Of a stretch of 64,000 bases of DNA, positions 52,800-64,000 are shown piece by piece. The DNA is from Cycas panzhihuaensis (taxonomy: Eukaryota; Plantae; Cycadophyta). Positions within the stretch are counted from its first letter, which is position 1. Each line of letters begins with the position of its first letter. The position numbers and the translations under genes were made by a program. Below the pieces are notes generated by a model. That model had not been told where the DNA came from. It saw nothing but the letters and a program-made list of their open reading frames with translations, and made no database searches. The DNA lies in assembly GCA_023213395.1 (NCBI GenBank), contig CM041465.1:212977741-213041740 (forward strand), written 5' to 3'.

Positions 52800-54200
52800 T
52801 GATCATTTTTTTTATGGTCTTAAATCTTATGATTCTTGTAATAGGCCACTCTACCCTCCTAAATGAAGACACATCCTATACCTCTACCATTGGCATCAAT
52901 ATAAATGAGAAAATCCTTGAGTCAAGAAGTCGCAAAATAGGCGTGGTGTTTAGAAGCTCCTTAAATTTGTTAAAACTACTTTTAGAAGTCCAAACAAATA
53001 TATTATTCTTCTTTTATTAATCTAGATATGGGCCTTTCAATTGCCAAAAAATCATAAATGAAATTATGATTCTACCTTGCTAAATCTAAGAAGCTCCCAA
53101 CTTTAAACACTAACAAGTGAAACCTAATCTATAATGGTCTTACTCATATTTATGTCCATCAATATACTATGATTGGATATGACAAGTCCTAGATAGCATA
53201 TTTATTTCTTCTATAACTTACACTTATTATGTTTAGCAAATAACTTGCAATGACACTTCCTATGTTCTTTCTTAAGGACATTCACCAATTTAAATGACAT
53301 TTGATTAGAAACTTATAAAGATCATAATGAATTCAAAAGGTAGCTTTAATAATGCCAAAATTCTTAATCCATATTGATGATAATTAAACCTCATATTACT
53401 CTTGGAGAAGAATGTACCTCCTCCAAGTTGATTAAACAACTCATTAATGTGAGAAAGAACTTATTTGTTCTTTATGGTCACTTTGTTTAAATGGTGATAG
53501 TTAATACATAAATATAATATATTATTATTTTTCATAAAAATAATAGGAATGCCCTTAGGTGGTGTACTAGAGTGAATTGCTCAATGGTTTAGTTCTTAAA
53601 ATAGTTGTAACTTTAGTTCAATCATGTCTTACACACTAATTGTATAAGTTATAATTAGCTTTAATTATATTCATAACAGTATGGCATTAACATGGTCAAT
53701 TCTTCTAACATGGGATAGGCTAGGCAACTCTTCAAGAAAAATATCCTTATAAATGAAACTTTAATAGGACCATCTAGGTCTTTTTGTTGTTATTGAAAAC
53801 CATAGCTAAGTGAATATCACACTTCTTTTTAATGCACTTGTTAACATGCTTCGTAAACTTAAGCCATGCAAAATTGCACTAATTTCTTTTAAGATCACAC
53901 TCTTATTCTCACAATCAACAAGGAAATTTTTTGGTAGCCAATCCTGTAATGTACATATGTTACAACTTCCCAATGGAATAACATAGTATCTTACTAGTGT
54001 AAGTAAATCACAAAGTTCAAATTTATCTAACCTATATATATATAAAGGAACATATAATTTAACTAGTGTATAAACCCTTGAAAAGGTTCCTTTTGAAAAG
54101 TGATCATTCATACTATTGCCAAAATGAATACATTATACAAATAGGCAATTATTATGGAATTCCCCTTCCCACTTCAATAACATTCAATATGCAATGTACC
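52800..54200 (-). mobile_element. Decayed gypsy protease/RT remnant
   Basis: ORF 53806-54111 VIPLGSCNIC.LQDWL...VDCENKSV (protease tail); GIPIIFMKK at ~53530-53555 corresponds to RT GAPVLFVKK. Confidence 0.6.
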
Positions 54201-54485
54201 CATTTGCATTAAATTACCCTAATAAAAAAGCTAAAATACATCTCAAAAGCCTAAGAAAGCACTACACTCCTTGGATGCATGTATTTGATATGAATGTAAA
54301 CACTAGAAATTCATAGCCCAATCACATGTCCTTTGCCCGTTACTCTCATCCTTGAAATTCGTTAATGTATTGATTAATCCAACGAAAAGATATTTGGACA
54401 TTTGTAACCCATAAAACCTTATTACTCGTGTTCATCACTTCAAATCATTGTGATTGTTTTATATCGCGTTCGCAACGTTAAGTAA

Positions 54486-54724
54486 CACGTGATTCATTTT
54501 CATGTAGCAACGAATTTACAAATTCTGATACACCCCGATCGAATCATCTTCGGTAGTCACATGGGATGACGATGGGCACCGTAGCTTCACTACAGGGTAG
54601 TCTGCTGTCCCACCACGTGGCCTTCAATACCGGCCAATCCAACGGCTGTAGTGCCTCCAAAATCTGCAAATTACTGTTGTGTTCTGCGGTAGTTCGGAAA
54701 GTGCACGTGATAATTTTCAACGGT
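54486..54724. promoter_or_regulatory. Cluster of plant cis-element-like motifs downstream of the GT34 gene
   Basis: CACGTG at 54486, 54614 (CCACGTGGC) and 54704; CCAAT 54634; AACGG (MSA-like) at 54641 and 54719. Confidence 0.35.
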
Positions 54725-55041
54725 AAAAATGTAAGAATACCAAATTGAATGGCGAAGACAAGAAACCATATGCCCCACTTTCAATGGGTACAATAAACGA
54801 TGTGATCCACAGAAATTGTGCACGATCAAGCCAATAATAACCATGACGATCCCGATATTTCAATCCATCATCAGCCCATCCACAGATGTATCCTTTCGAA
54901 TCGTCTCGCATTTGCTCTTATGGACCCTCTTAAGACAATATCATAGTCATCAATATCTTAACTCATGCAATTCAGATTTGCAGTACAACTATGGCTATTG
55001 CTGGCATAAATATAATTCAATCACGAGAATGGCAAATAAAG

Positions 55042-57198
55042 TTAAACAGGTTCCAGAGAGGAAGTAGAAAAATTGGAATGTCTCAGTCCTACAACGGCAA
55101 GCAGCTGATTGTCTGCGAAATTGAAGGCTCTCCGAAAGCCCAGAGAGCATCTATCGCTAATGGCCACTCCACCACAGAAATTACAACCGCAAAAATGCGT
55201 GACAAATGGCCACTTCGCCTTTCCTTCGAGGATGTCCTCGAATTTATCAACGATGTAGTCCCAATAACCGTGTAGGCTGTAACTGGCCTCCAGGAATATA
55301 TTCTTTTCCGATTCTGTTCTATTCTGGTTCAAAAGATACACCAACGCGCTCTGATCATCCGGGTCCCAGTCGTGTGGCCTGCTCTTTAGGGCGGAATTGA
55401 GGGCGTTCCTGGCCATCTTTAGGTTTTCGGGTGCACCAAGATTGCTCCACTTCTCTAGAAATCTGTATGACCATTCGCAATTGCGGATGAGGAATATTCC
55501 TGCGTTCAACGCCATCCAATCCGGGCTTTCTGCATACACCTGGTAATGTACAATTCATGAATAATTTTAGGTGCTGTTTTGCTGCAGCAGGGGAAATTTT
55601 AAGTTTGCTTTGCAGCAGGGGAGATTTCAAGGAAACGAATCAATTTATGTAAATATAGACATATTTGGCTAACAATTTCAATATGCGAAATTTATAAATA
55701 TAATCTTAAAGAATGGATTATTTTATATAAATGTTATAAATGATTGATGTTCATTCGTCAAGCATTGTAATTCAGCATTAGATTATGTGAGAATTTGTTT
55801 CAGATTTGGCAAATGTACAAAGCTTTTTTATAATATCTTAATAATTTTGGCTGATATTTTTTGCCATTTTTATTTTTGTAAAATCTATAAAATAATAACC
55901 GATTCGTGGTAAATAATTTATAAGATCTTTCCTGTTTTACATATGATTTTATTATTATTATTTTTTAAACATCAGAGTTGCCAAAAATAGAATTCTCACA
56001 CTAAATATTAGAACCGCAAATAAATAGACATTTTACAGAACTTTTTTTAATAAAATCGCAGCAAACTAGTTAATATTTTTGAAAATTACTAAAAACTTAT
56101 TTGCGATAAGTAATTTATAATGTTCCCTTCTATTTTTTGAACATTTTATTTCATAAACAAAATTTCTATCAGATGTTCATCCAAAAAGCAAAATTCTGAT
56201 TAAATCCGTTTATATTATTCATACTTCCTAACAGTGAATAATATTTTTCCCTTAGGCATTCTTTTATCATGTCTGTATGTATTTCCTGTTCTATGTAAAA
56301 TAAATAGATAGATCTCATGTTTTATAACAGAACAGAAATTGGCGGCTAATCATACTTATAATCAATGAATCAATTGATTGATTGATTAAGAATTACTTAA
56401 ATGAATGATCAAATTTGGTTGGCGCCTTACCTTTTCCCAGAACCCAGGGACAACCAGGTTCTTGCTCCAGCTGTTGTAGGTCTGAAACGGGATCGAAAAG
56501 TTAAGGTCTGTGAAGATGGCGTCTGAATCCATCCACATGAACCAAGGAATCGAAGGATTGGCCTTCATAAGCCGCAACAGAAGCGGATATCTAACCCACG
56601 TTCCGGTGAATCCCTTCTCCCAGACTTCTAACGCATACCAAACCTTACATCCGTGCAGATTACAGTAATCCACCTTATTTTTGTAAGTCTTCATCATTAT
56701 GTTGGAACCTTCTGGAGTTACGCAGGGTGAGGTTCTCTCCCCGCTAACTAACATGAACGGCACGGGCTGACGCGGATCTCCTCCTCGGCTGAGCTCATGT
56801 AGAAGCCTCGCTGCTGGCAATGTCAGTGATCTCTTGACTGCAGCTTCCCCGCGCCGTTCGTTTTCCTCACGGCGATCCGCTTCAAGTACCGCACCATTAT
56901 TATCTGCTAACTCTTTAGTCAAGCTTTCCTTGGCCGCTATCTGAGATCCATTGGTCGCCGAAGCGGATTTCTCTGTCAGAATTACGGCCCGCATGGCGCG
57001 GTGCAGCACGCGGATAGGCAGCTGGTTCAGAGGGGTCATGCGGTCGAGCTCGATCTCCAAACTTCCCACGCTGTGGATGGAGATGAACAGAGACGAAATT
57101 ACGACACAACCCAATGCGAATGCCATCAGGGACATCCACGTTCTGGGCAATACCCTCTCCCATCTCGCGGTCATTATCTTTCTAATTACCCGAAGCAT
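55042..57198 (-). CDS. GT34 family glycosyltransferase (GMA12/MNN10; xyloglucan xylosyltransferase/galactomannan galactosyltransferase-like), 421 aa; exons 57198-56431 and 55539-55042
   Basis: N-terminal TM anchor; KNKVDYCNLHG, WFMWMDSDAIFTD (DxD), LNAGIFLIRNCEWS, DDQSALVYLL, LHGYW, WPFVTHFCGC. Phase-0 intron 55540-56430 with AAG|GTAAGG...CCAG|GTG. No stops. Confidence 0.95.
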
Positions 57199-60100
57199 TG
57201 CTCCTGGGCGAAATCAAGATTGATAAGCTCCCATGTCTATAACAGATAAAATCTATCTTGCACAGATCTCTGTAACGGACTTCCAAACAGATCAGAAATT
57301 AACCGTGCGACGTCTACGACGACCGATAAAGCTCTGTTAAAATGACATTGAACTCCATGTGCAGAGAAATTCATAGATTAGGAATTTTTAAAAATGAGTC
57401 AATAATTGGAAGCTGGAATACAGGCGAGATGCTTGCGTTAGAAGCTTTCTGTGTCTCCTCATCGACATGGAAGGCACTCGTATGGTTTACAGCTGGTCCA
57501 ACCGAATCCTCGGCTTTTAGAATATCAACAAACAGGCGGCTACAACCCGTCACATGGTGATGAGGCGTGGAAAACACCACGCCGCTGACAAATAAGGCGA
57601 GGATACAAAGCACTCGACCAAGGTGACCGTGCTCTAATGAAATTGCCGTCGCCTAATACGAGATCCCGTCAATGAATTAATTATGTCGAGGGACCACGCG
57701 CATAGAAGCTGACAAACGTCTCGGAATCTCACTGACGTCGAAGAAAAACGAAACCATCATAAATAATTTTGCAGAACATGGAGCCAGAGGAGGGGGTCCT
57801 ATTTTCCATACGGAAATCATCCAACTACCACGCTACCTGCACGAGCTTACTGCGGCGTCGCCGTCATAAATTGCCGGTCTGATTTGTCTTCACTTGGACG
57901 TGCCATCGGCCAATCCTGACCGATATCTGTACGGTTTAAAGGGAAGAAAGCTAACCGCGTGGGTAAAAGGGATAATAATGCCACCGCTGCTACTGTTCCA
58001 CGAATAAACTTACGCAACGCATCGTCATCGCTTCCACCGCCTCTGGGGCCTCCCACAACTGTTCGGAGGAGATTAAAAGGCCAACGCATTTTGATTCGTT
58101 CTGCTTGAATATCTGTCAGAGTGGATCCTGTTTTATGATTGAGATGGTCAGCTACAAAACGTTAAATGCTTCAACAGAATAAATTGCGAGGTGGGAGCTG
58201 GACTTCAGGGTGATACAAAAAACGGACCAGGGACACTATTCGTAATTAAAATAATAAAATAATTACGGGGAATGGAGTATTCCGGAACCCAGCCGGATAG
58301 TATAAAGGCATCAATGCAGCGGGATTCTCGTGGTAAGATCAAATAAGCATATTTTGACTCTGTTCTTTTGCCGTCGCTACAAACTATGAAGTTACTTTTC
58401 TTTTAATTGCCAATGTAAACTGATTTGGTGAGCCTTCTTTAATGACTTTAGTAAAGTAATCACAACCTTTTTGTTTATACTATCTTCTATTATTTTTACA
58501 AGAGCAATAGACGAAGTCAACAACTGCCTTAAAGTGGAATAAATTATGGAATTAACTGTATGCAAATAGTATCCAAAGAAAAGTTTGTCCTAAAACCTCA
58601 CAATAAGAAATTTAACCGATGTTGGTCTAGCGGTGAGTAGTTAGCTTCATTAGTACAAACTGGATGGTCAAGATGGTACTTCAAACGGTGTGATCTATTC
58701 AAGTCAAAAAATAGTTGGAATAAACAAGAGAAATAAGATCTCAAATTTTTTCATGTTTGAAAACTATTTGGTTTTCTTGGTTTTATATTTTATAAGCCGA
58801 TATTGTATAAATATTTTTGTTGGTAAGTTTCTCAAGGTGAATACCACCGTGAGTGGAATACACTTCATAGACAAAGTAACTCTTTAAACCATGTGATTTC
58901 CTTTAGTCAAAAAGATGTGGAATAAATAATATGTGACATGAAAGAGCTCACATATAAGTGTGTGTGTGCTCTCTACACATATACACATATGTATGTGTAT
59001 GTGTACATGTATATTTAGACTAGCAAAGAATGTTCCCCTTGATTTTTAACATAAGAATGTCATATATCTAAACAAAAAAACTAGAATAAAGTCTTGAGGG
59101 TATCTCTAAATTCAAGGAACGTGAAAGTGTGTACCACTTATTTCAAATTAATGAATTTCACCTAATAAATATATAAATAAGAGGTTTATTAAAAAATAAT
59201 TATCACTTAATGATTGTTGGGCTTAATTGACTACAAGAGAAATACAAAGTCCAGGTTATTATGCCATTGTTTTCCTATAGTAAGATAAAATAACCAACTT
59301 AAAATATCTAAGCTACTTGTCCCCTTTGTTGACTAAGTACTAATGGGTGGTCTCCCTCATTATTATTACCTTTAACCGTACTAAAATGACTTTACTAACC
59401 TTGTCAATGAGCTTTGAGATAAACCTTATGGTTTAAAACAACCCAAATTAGTTTAAATGACGATAGGATAAAGCCCCTTATGATTTTTTTTAAGGATATT
59501 TCTTGACTAGCCACAATGTTATAATCAATTATAGAGAAAGAATATATGGTCAACCCACCTACTCTTATGTACTACCAAAATAATTTAGGGCACTTAGAAG
59601 TTGATTTTTTAACATATTTGTCCTAAGACATATAGTGCACCAATATGTCTACACTCCTATTAGGGAATTACCCCTAACTAACTAAGGGTGGAGATCGCTA
59701 AAGACCTTATTATAGTTATATAAAGGGTCTTTTTTCAACCACATATTAGATGGAATAATAGTTAGGGTTTGACTTACAAACACTTAAGATGTACCTTAAG
59801 AAACTAAAGATAATAATGAGCTAAAGAAATGCCGATGTTCTTTGATAAAGTTACATAATTTACCTCTAAAATATAACACTTACTCTGAAGATGTCATATG
59901 ATCAACTCAATGTTCCAAATTATGGGTAAATTGAAAACCTTATTTATAAGCTCTAAAAACAAAATATATGTATGAGGTGTCCTAACTAAATTTTTATTTG
60001 GCTTTATTTTTGTAGTGTTTTGCTTTAGCATAAGCACAATACAATTTAGTATCCATTAGTATAAAAAATAAATAACAATACAATATAATGTAATCATTTT

Positions 60101-60480
60101 TTATTTTAATATTTAATCAATGATCTTAAATGGATCCTAATACTATTTATTCCTAATATGTCAATCTCTCATTCTATTTTTTATTTTCTAAAGATGTGTA
60201 ATACAAATGTAACCAAGCCTATATTTTATTCTAAAAATATAATAATATCTCCCTTAATGTAATGATACGTTTTTTATTTTAATGTTTTGTTAAATACCCT
60301 TCTTATAATGCTTAATATAGTTTTCATATCACTTAATGCAATAAAATTTATCTTGATCTCCTTAAACTAAAATCCTTTTTTTTCTTTTCTTTTTCCTTAA
60401 AATGTAAAAATTATAAAAATTTTCCTTATTATGAAATATATAAATGCACTCCTTTTAGTGTAAGGAACAACTAAATAAAT

Positions 60481-60481
<1 letters not shown>

Positions 60482-60526
<45 letters not shown>
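60482..60526. repeat. (AG)n microsatellite
   Basis: Seen directly. Confidence 0.95.
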
Positions 60527-60529
<3 letters not shown>

Positions 60530-61766
60530 AGTTCCTTATTTTCTATTATAAGTATTTTGAATAATTTTCATCAGGGTTTATGCCTTTTACACTCTTGTCA
60601 TGAAAAATTCAACTCCTAAATATAACTTTATAAAATAATGTATATGGATGTGATTTAAACCTATGACCCCCTCATTAAATGTTTTAAAAATCTCTAACCA
60701 AGTTTCCCAATAATGAAACATTGATTTAAAGATGGAGTTTCTAACTATTTGTATTTAAATTTATTTACTTATTTATTTATTATATTACTATCATTATGAT
60801 GATGACTAAAACTTTGAACGTTATTTAGTCAAATTAAACATCCATCCCATGAGTTTGTATTGTGTTGTATTGTGAATAAAGATATGCTCACAACTCATTA
60901 ATTAGCATCAAATTATTTTATAATAAGCTAAAAGTAAAAGAAAATAATTAAAGATAAAATAAGTTAAAATAAATAAAGTCCAGTTAAATAAACTAAACTA
61001 AACACAAAGGAAATAAAAATAATACCAAAGTTAAAATCTTGAGTAATATGTAAGTCATAATGGAAGATTATGGTTTTAGGTCATGAATTAGGTCTAATCG
61101 TGGAGTAAATGGAAAGGAAAACATTAAAACTAAACAAGACTAGTTATTATAGATTTCATGAATGTTTATATAGCTTTAGTAAGGCGTTAGGGGGGACTAA
61201 GGGAAAATTAAGAATAATTGATCATTGGTATAGGCTATTATATATGAGGGGAGAGTGCATTCATAGGCATTGTAGTCATGACATTACCAATATAGTGAGC
61301 ATTAGTTATGGGTAGATGATGTTCGAGAATATAATAAATCTAGCATCAAGTTATGGTGGCTTATTTTTGGAAATCCTAAAAATAATGGCTTGGAAATTAT
61401 GTAGAACAATACTACATTAAACTATGGATGATGCCCTTAAATACATCAAGTGTGTGGTAAGCAATAGGGGCAAACAAGAAAAGAGAAAGTAAGTAAGTAT
61501 ATTAATGTTTGTAAACTATAATGCTCCACTATAATAATACATTAATTAATATATTATTGTATGCTTATGGAAGAAGTAGTAGATATGTGCATCTTAGGTA
61601 GAACAAACTAATGAAAGTATATCTTGAATATGGAGAAATAAAACAATGATACAAGTAAAAGACAAACGAAGAGAAGATGCCATTACTTCTAGATAGTGAT
61701 AATGAAGACTTAAAGCAACCAACATAAGTTGAACCCAAATATCAAGAGCCTATGCCTTTATATTTG

Positions 61767-61875
61767 ATAAAGAATTTTAATCATAATATAGGGGGAGATG
61801 TTGGAAATCAACCTACACAAATAAAGAATTTTAATCATAATATAAGAGGGAGATGTTGGAAATCAACCTGCACAA
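61767..61875. repeat. 54/55-bp tandem duplication spanning an LTR terminus
   Basis: ataaagaattttaatcataatata-gggggaga-tgttggaaatcaacct(a/g)cacaa x2. Confidence 0.92.
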
Positions 61876-64000
61876 ACAATCTTCGCAAACAGAAACAAAC
61901 ACCTCCAAGATCGAACTGTACCCTTAAGGTACCTCAAATTGTACTAATAAAACATCCTTACAATAGATCAATATGATACACAATATTGTGTATTTATAAT
62001 ACAAGTCATAATGGTGAGAGTGAAACACACTTACATATGGGATAAAACAAATGTGCATTATCAATATTCCAACACTCCCCCTTAATGAACATTTGGGTTA
62101 TTTGTATTTGCAACGCTTTGTCCTTGGAAATATCTTAAGAATGATGTCTTCAACTCGATCTTTGTCTTCAATCTTGTAGTGATGTCTTTGATGTAGAATG
62201 ATGTCTTCATTTTGATTTTTGTCTTCAATTATGTATTGATGTCTTTGTAAGATGATATTTTCAGCTTGATTTCCATCTTCAATCTTATAGTGATGATGTT
62301 GATGTAGCAGCTCTAGTAAATGTAAATCCTAGTTCTTTATTGTGGGTGGTCTAGTCTGATTATAATAAAGATCATGTAAATAACCATCTTCAAACACAAC
62401 TTGCTTGTCATCATTATCCTGTATAAGTTCTTGATTACCATGTACAATAGTGATTTCTTCAACCTTAGGAGTGGAGTCTTGATTAAATTGCATACTCTTT
62501 GAACTTGAATCAATGCTCAAAGAAGGAACATCATTCAAACTTGAATCAATACTTAAAGTAGGAATATCATCAATATAAGACTCATCCTTTATAGGACCAT
62601 CGAATTCATATTCAATTTCTCTTGAAATCATGATGTCATATATATAAACCTTTATCAACTCAACACTTTCAACGTCTTCATCAGTAGTTGTAGTCTCATT
62701 AATACATTCAACCATCGTTTCTTTACATTAAGTAGAAATTTTATTAGTACTCATACATTCTTCATCTTGACATGTCGTTTCATTAGTGGTGATGATATTT
62801 TCTTAATTCATTATACCTATATCATAACCATAACTGGCCTTAATTACCTTTTCAATCATTCGTTATGTCTCTTCAGGAGTTTGTTCAAATACTTCCTTTA
62901 GAAAATCCCAAGCTTCTTTAGTAGTACTTGCATGTAGAATCATAGGAATGACAAAGTGGTATTTGGAAGGAAGATTAGCCTTGTTGAATGTAGCACGAAT
63001 CATAATGAATGCATTTCTATCTTTCTTCTCAAGCATTATCTTTTCTTCTTCATCCTTAGGGATATCATATTCATCAGTAACAATCTTCCACAAACCTCTA
63101 GCTATGAATAAACATCCCATTTTAATTGTCCAAAAGAAGTAATCTTCACCATTACACTTAGGTATCAGAAGAAATGAATACTTTAAGTAATATTCATTTG
63201 TTTTAGGAACATACAAAACCACATCATTCTCCTCCATGATTGTAAATGCCATTTCCTAACACCACATCCTTTTTTCAATCAACAAATTCACTTATTAATC
63301 AATCTCATCAAACTTTCTCATGTCTCATGTTCCTTACATCACTGACTTCATCATCACATCATTGCCTTATGCATCTCATATATTGCCAAATAGTCACATA
63401 CAAAGAAACACTTACTTCACCATAAAATCAAAGCTTATACCACATACATCTCATAGAAATCATGCATACTTCATGTCACCATTAAATCACCAAGACACAT
63501 CACACTTCACTTAATTGCCCAAAACATAACTCATGCCATTACACCACTCAGCAATTTTACTTCCATGTAACAAAAAACTCATCCTTCTTTGCCCATTCAA
63601 TCAACTAGAGCACATCATTAAACATGCCTAATCTCATCCTTAAACATGCTCAACAAACATCCAATCTTGTCATATAACCTCACATGCAATAAGCACCTCA
63701 TTGCCTTAAATCATCATTTTCCTCAATTTTACCTTATCATGCTTATAAAGCTCCTTCAAGTAAATCACATTCCAAGAAGTACTAAGTTGCCATATGCCAT
63801 CCAACTCATTCATGCAAACACATGCACTATTTCTTCATTAGCATACTATGTCATTGTTACAATAGCTCTCTCATACAAACACATATAAGAAAGCACTCAA
63901 ATTGCCATTAAATAATCACCATTATACATCTCAAACCATTAATAGAGTGCCAAATACATTCACATCAACATGACTTAATGTCGTCTCATATTGCAATAAT
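61854..64000 (-). mobile_element. Element E: non-autonomous copia-type element (3' LTR 61854-62074, gag fragment), truncated by the window end
   Basis: tgttgga...tccaaca followed by PPT ctccccctta. ORF 62863-63252 (PKCNGEDYFFWTIKM..LFIARGLWKIV...TTKEAWDFLKEVFE) is a copia gag N-terminus, followed by acidic ORF 62329-62715; no pol. Confidence 0.8.
62138..62307. repeat. Three degenerate ~55-57-bp tandem repeats in the 3' region of element E
   Basis: atgatgtcttca..tgat..t.tcttcaatct..tagtgatg..tttgatgtag units. Confidence 0.75.

Noticed and set aside
54588-54653. CACTACAG...CTGTAGTG as a miniature CACTA element
   Set aside because: Only 66 bp with an 8-bp inverted repeat, no 3-bp TSD (CTT vs CCT) and no subterminal repeats.
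54566-58089. Short ORFs overlapping or flanking the GT34 gene
   Set aside because: Alternative-frame or antisense by-products of GC-richer sequence, with no family motifs.
2636-64000. All five delimitable elements lie on the minus strand
   Set aside because: The sample is too small, and older elements occur on both strands.

Overview
AT-rich land-plant nuclear DNA; the species cannot be identified from the sequence. It is mostly nested, heavily C>T/G>A-decayed LTR retrotransposons. A CpG-retaining island (~54.3-58.7 kb) holds the only intact gene, a two-exon GT34 (GMA12/MNN10, xylosyl/galactosyltransferase family) glycosyltransferase on the minus strand. Four LTR elements can be delimited by paired LTRs, tRNA-iMet PBS, PPT and (three of four) a TSD: 2636-7722, 16608-24454, 33772-41404 and 47912-51661. 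A fifth runs off the right end. Three of the four carry intron-less mosaics of host gene fragments close behind the PBS. Element A carries a PP2A B'/CUL3 fusion antisense to the element, behind three tandem PBS copies. Element B carries a circularly permuted APC1 segment antisense to the element, with the signature of a reverse-transcribed circular RNA. Element D is a TRIM-like element made of PUB30/31-like, DHHC-PAT and RBR-E3 pieces, sense to the element. All protein family calls come from manual translation and recalled family sequences, not from database searches.
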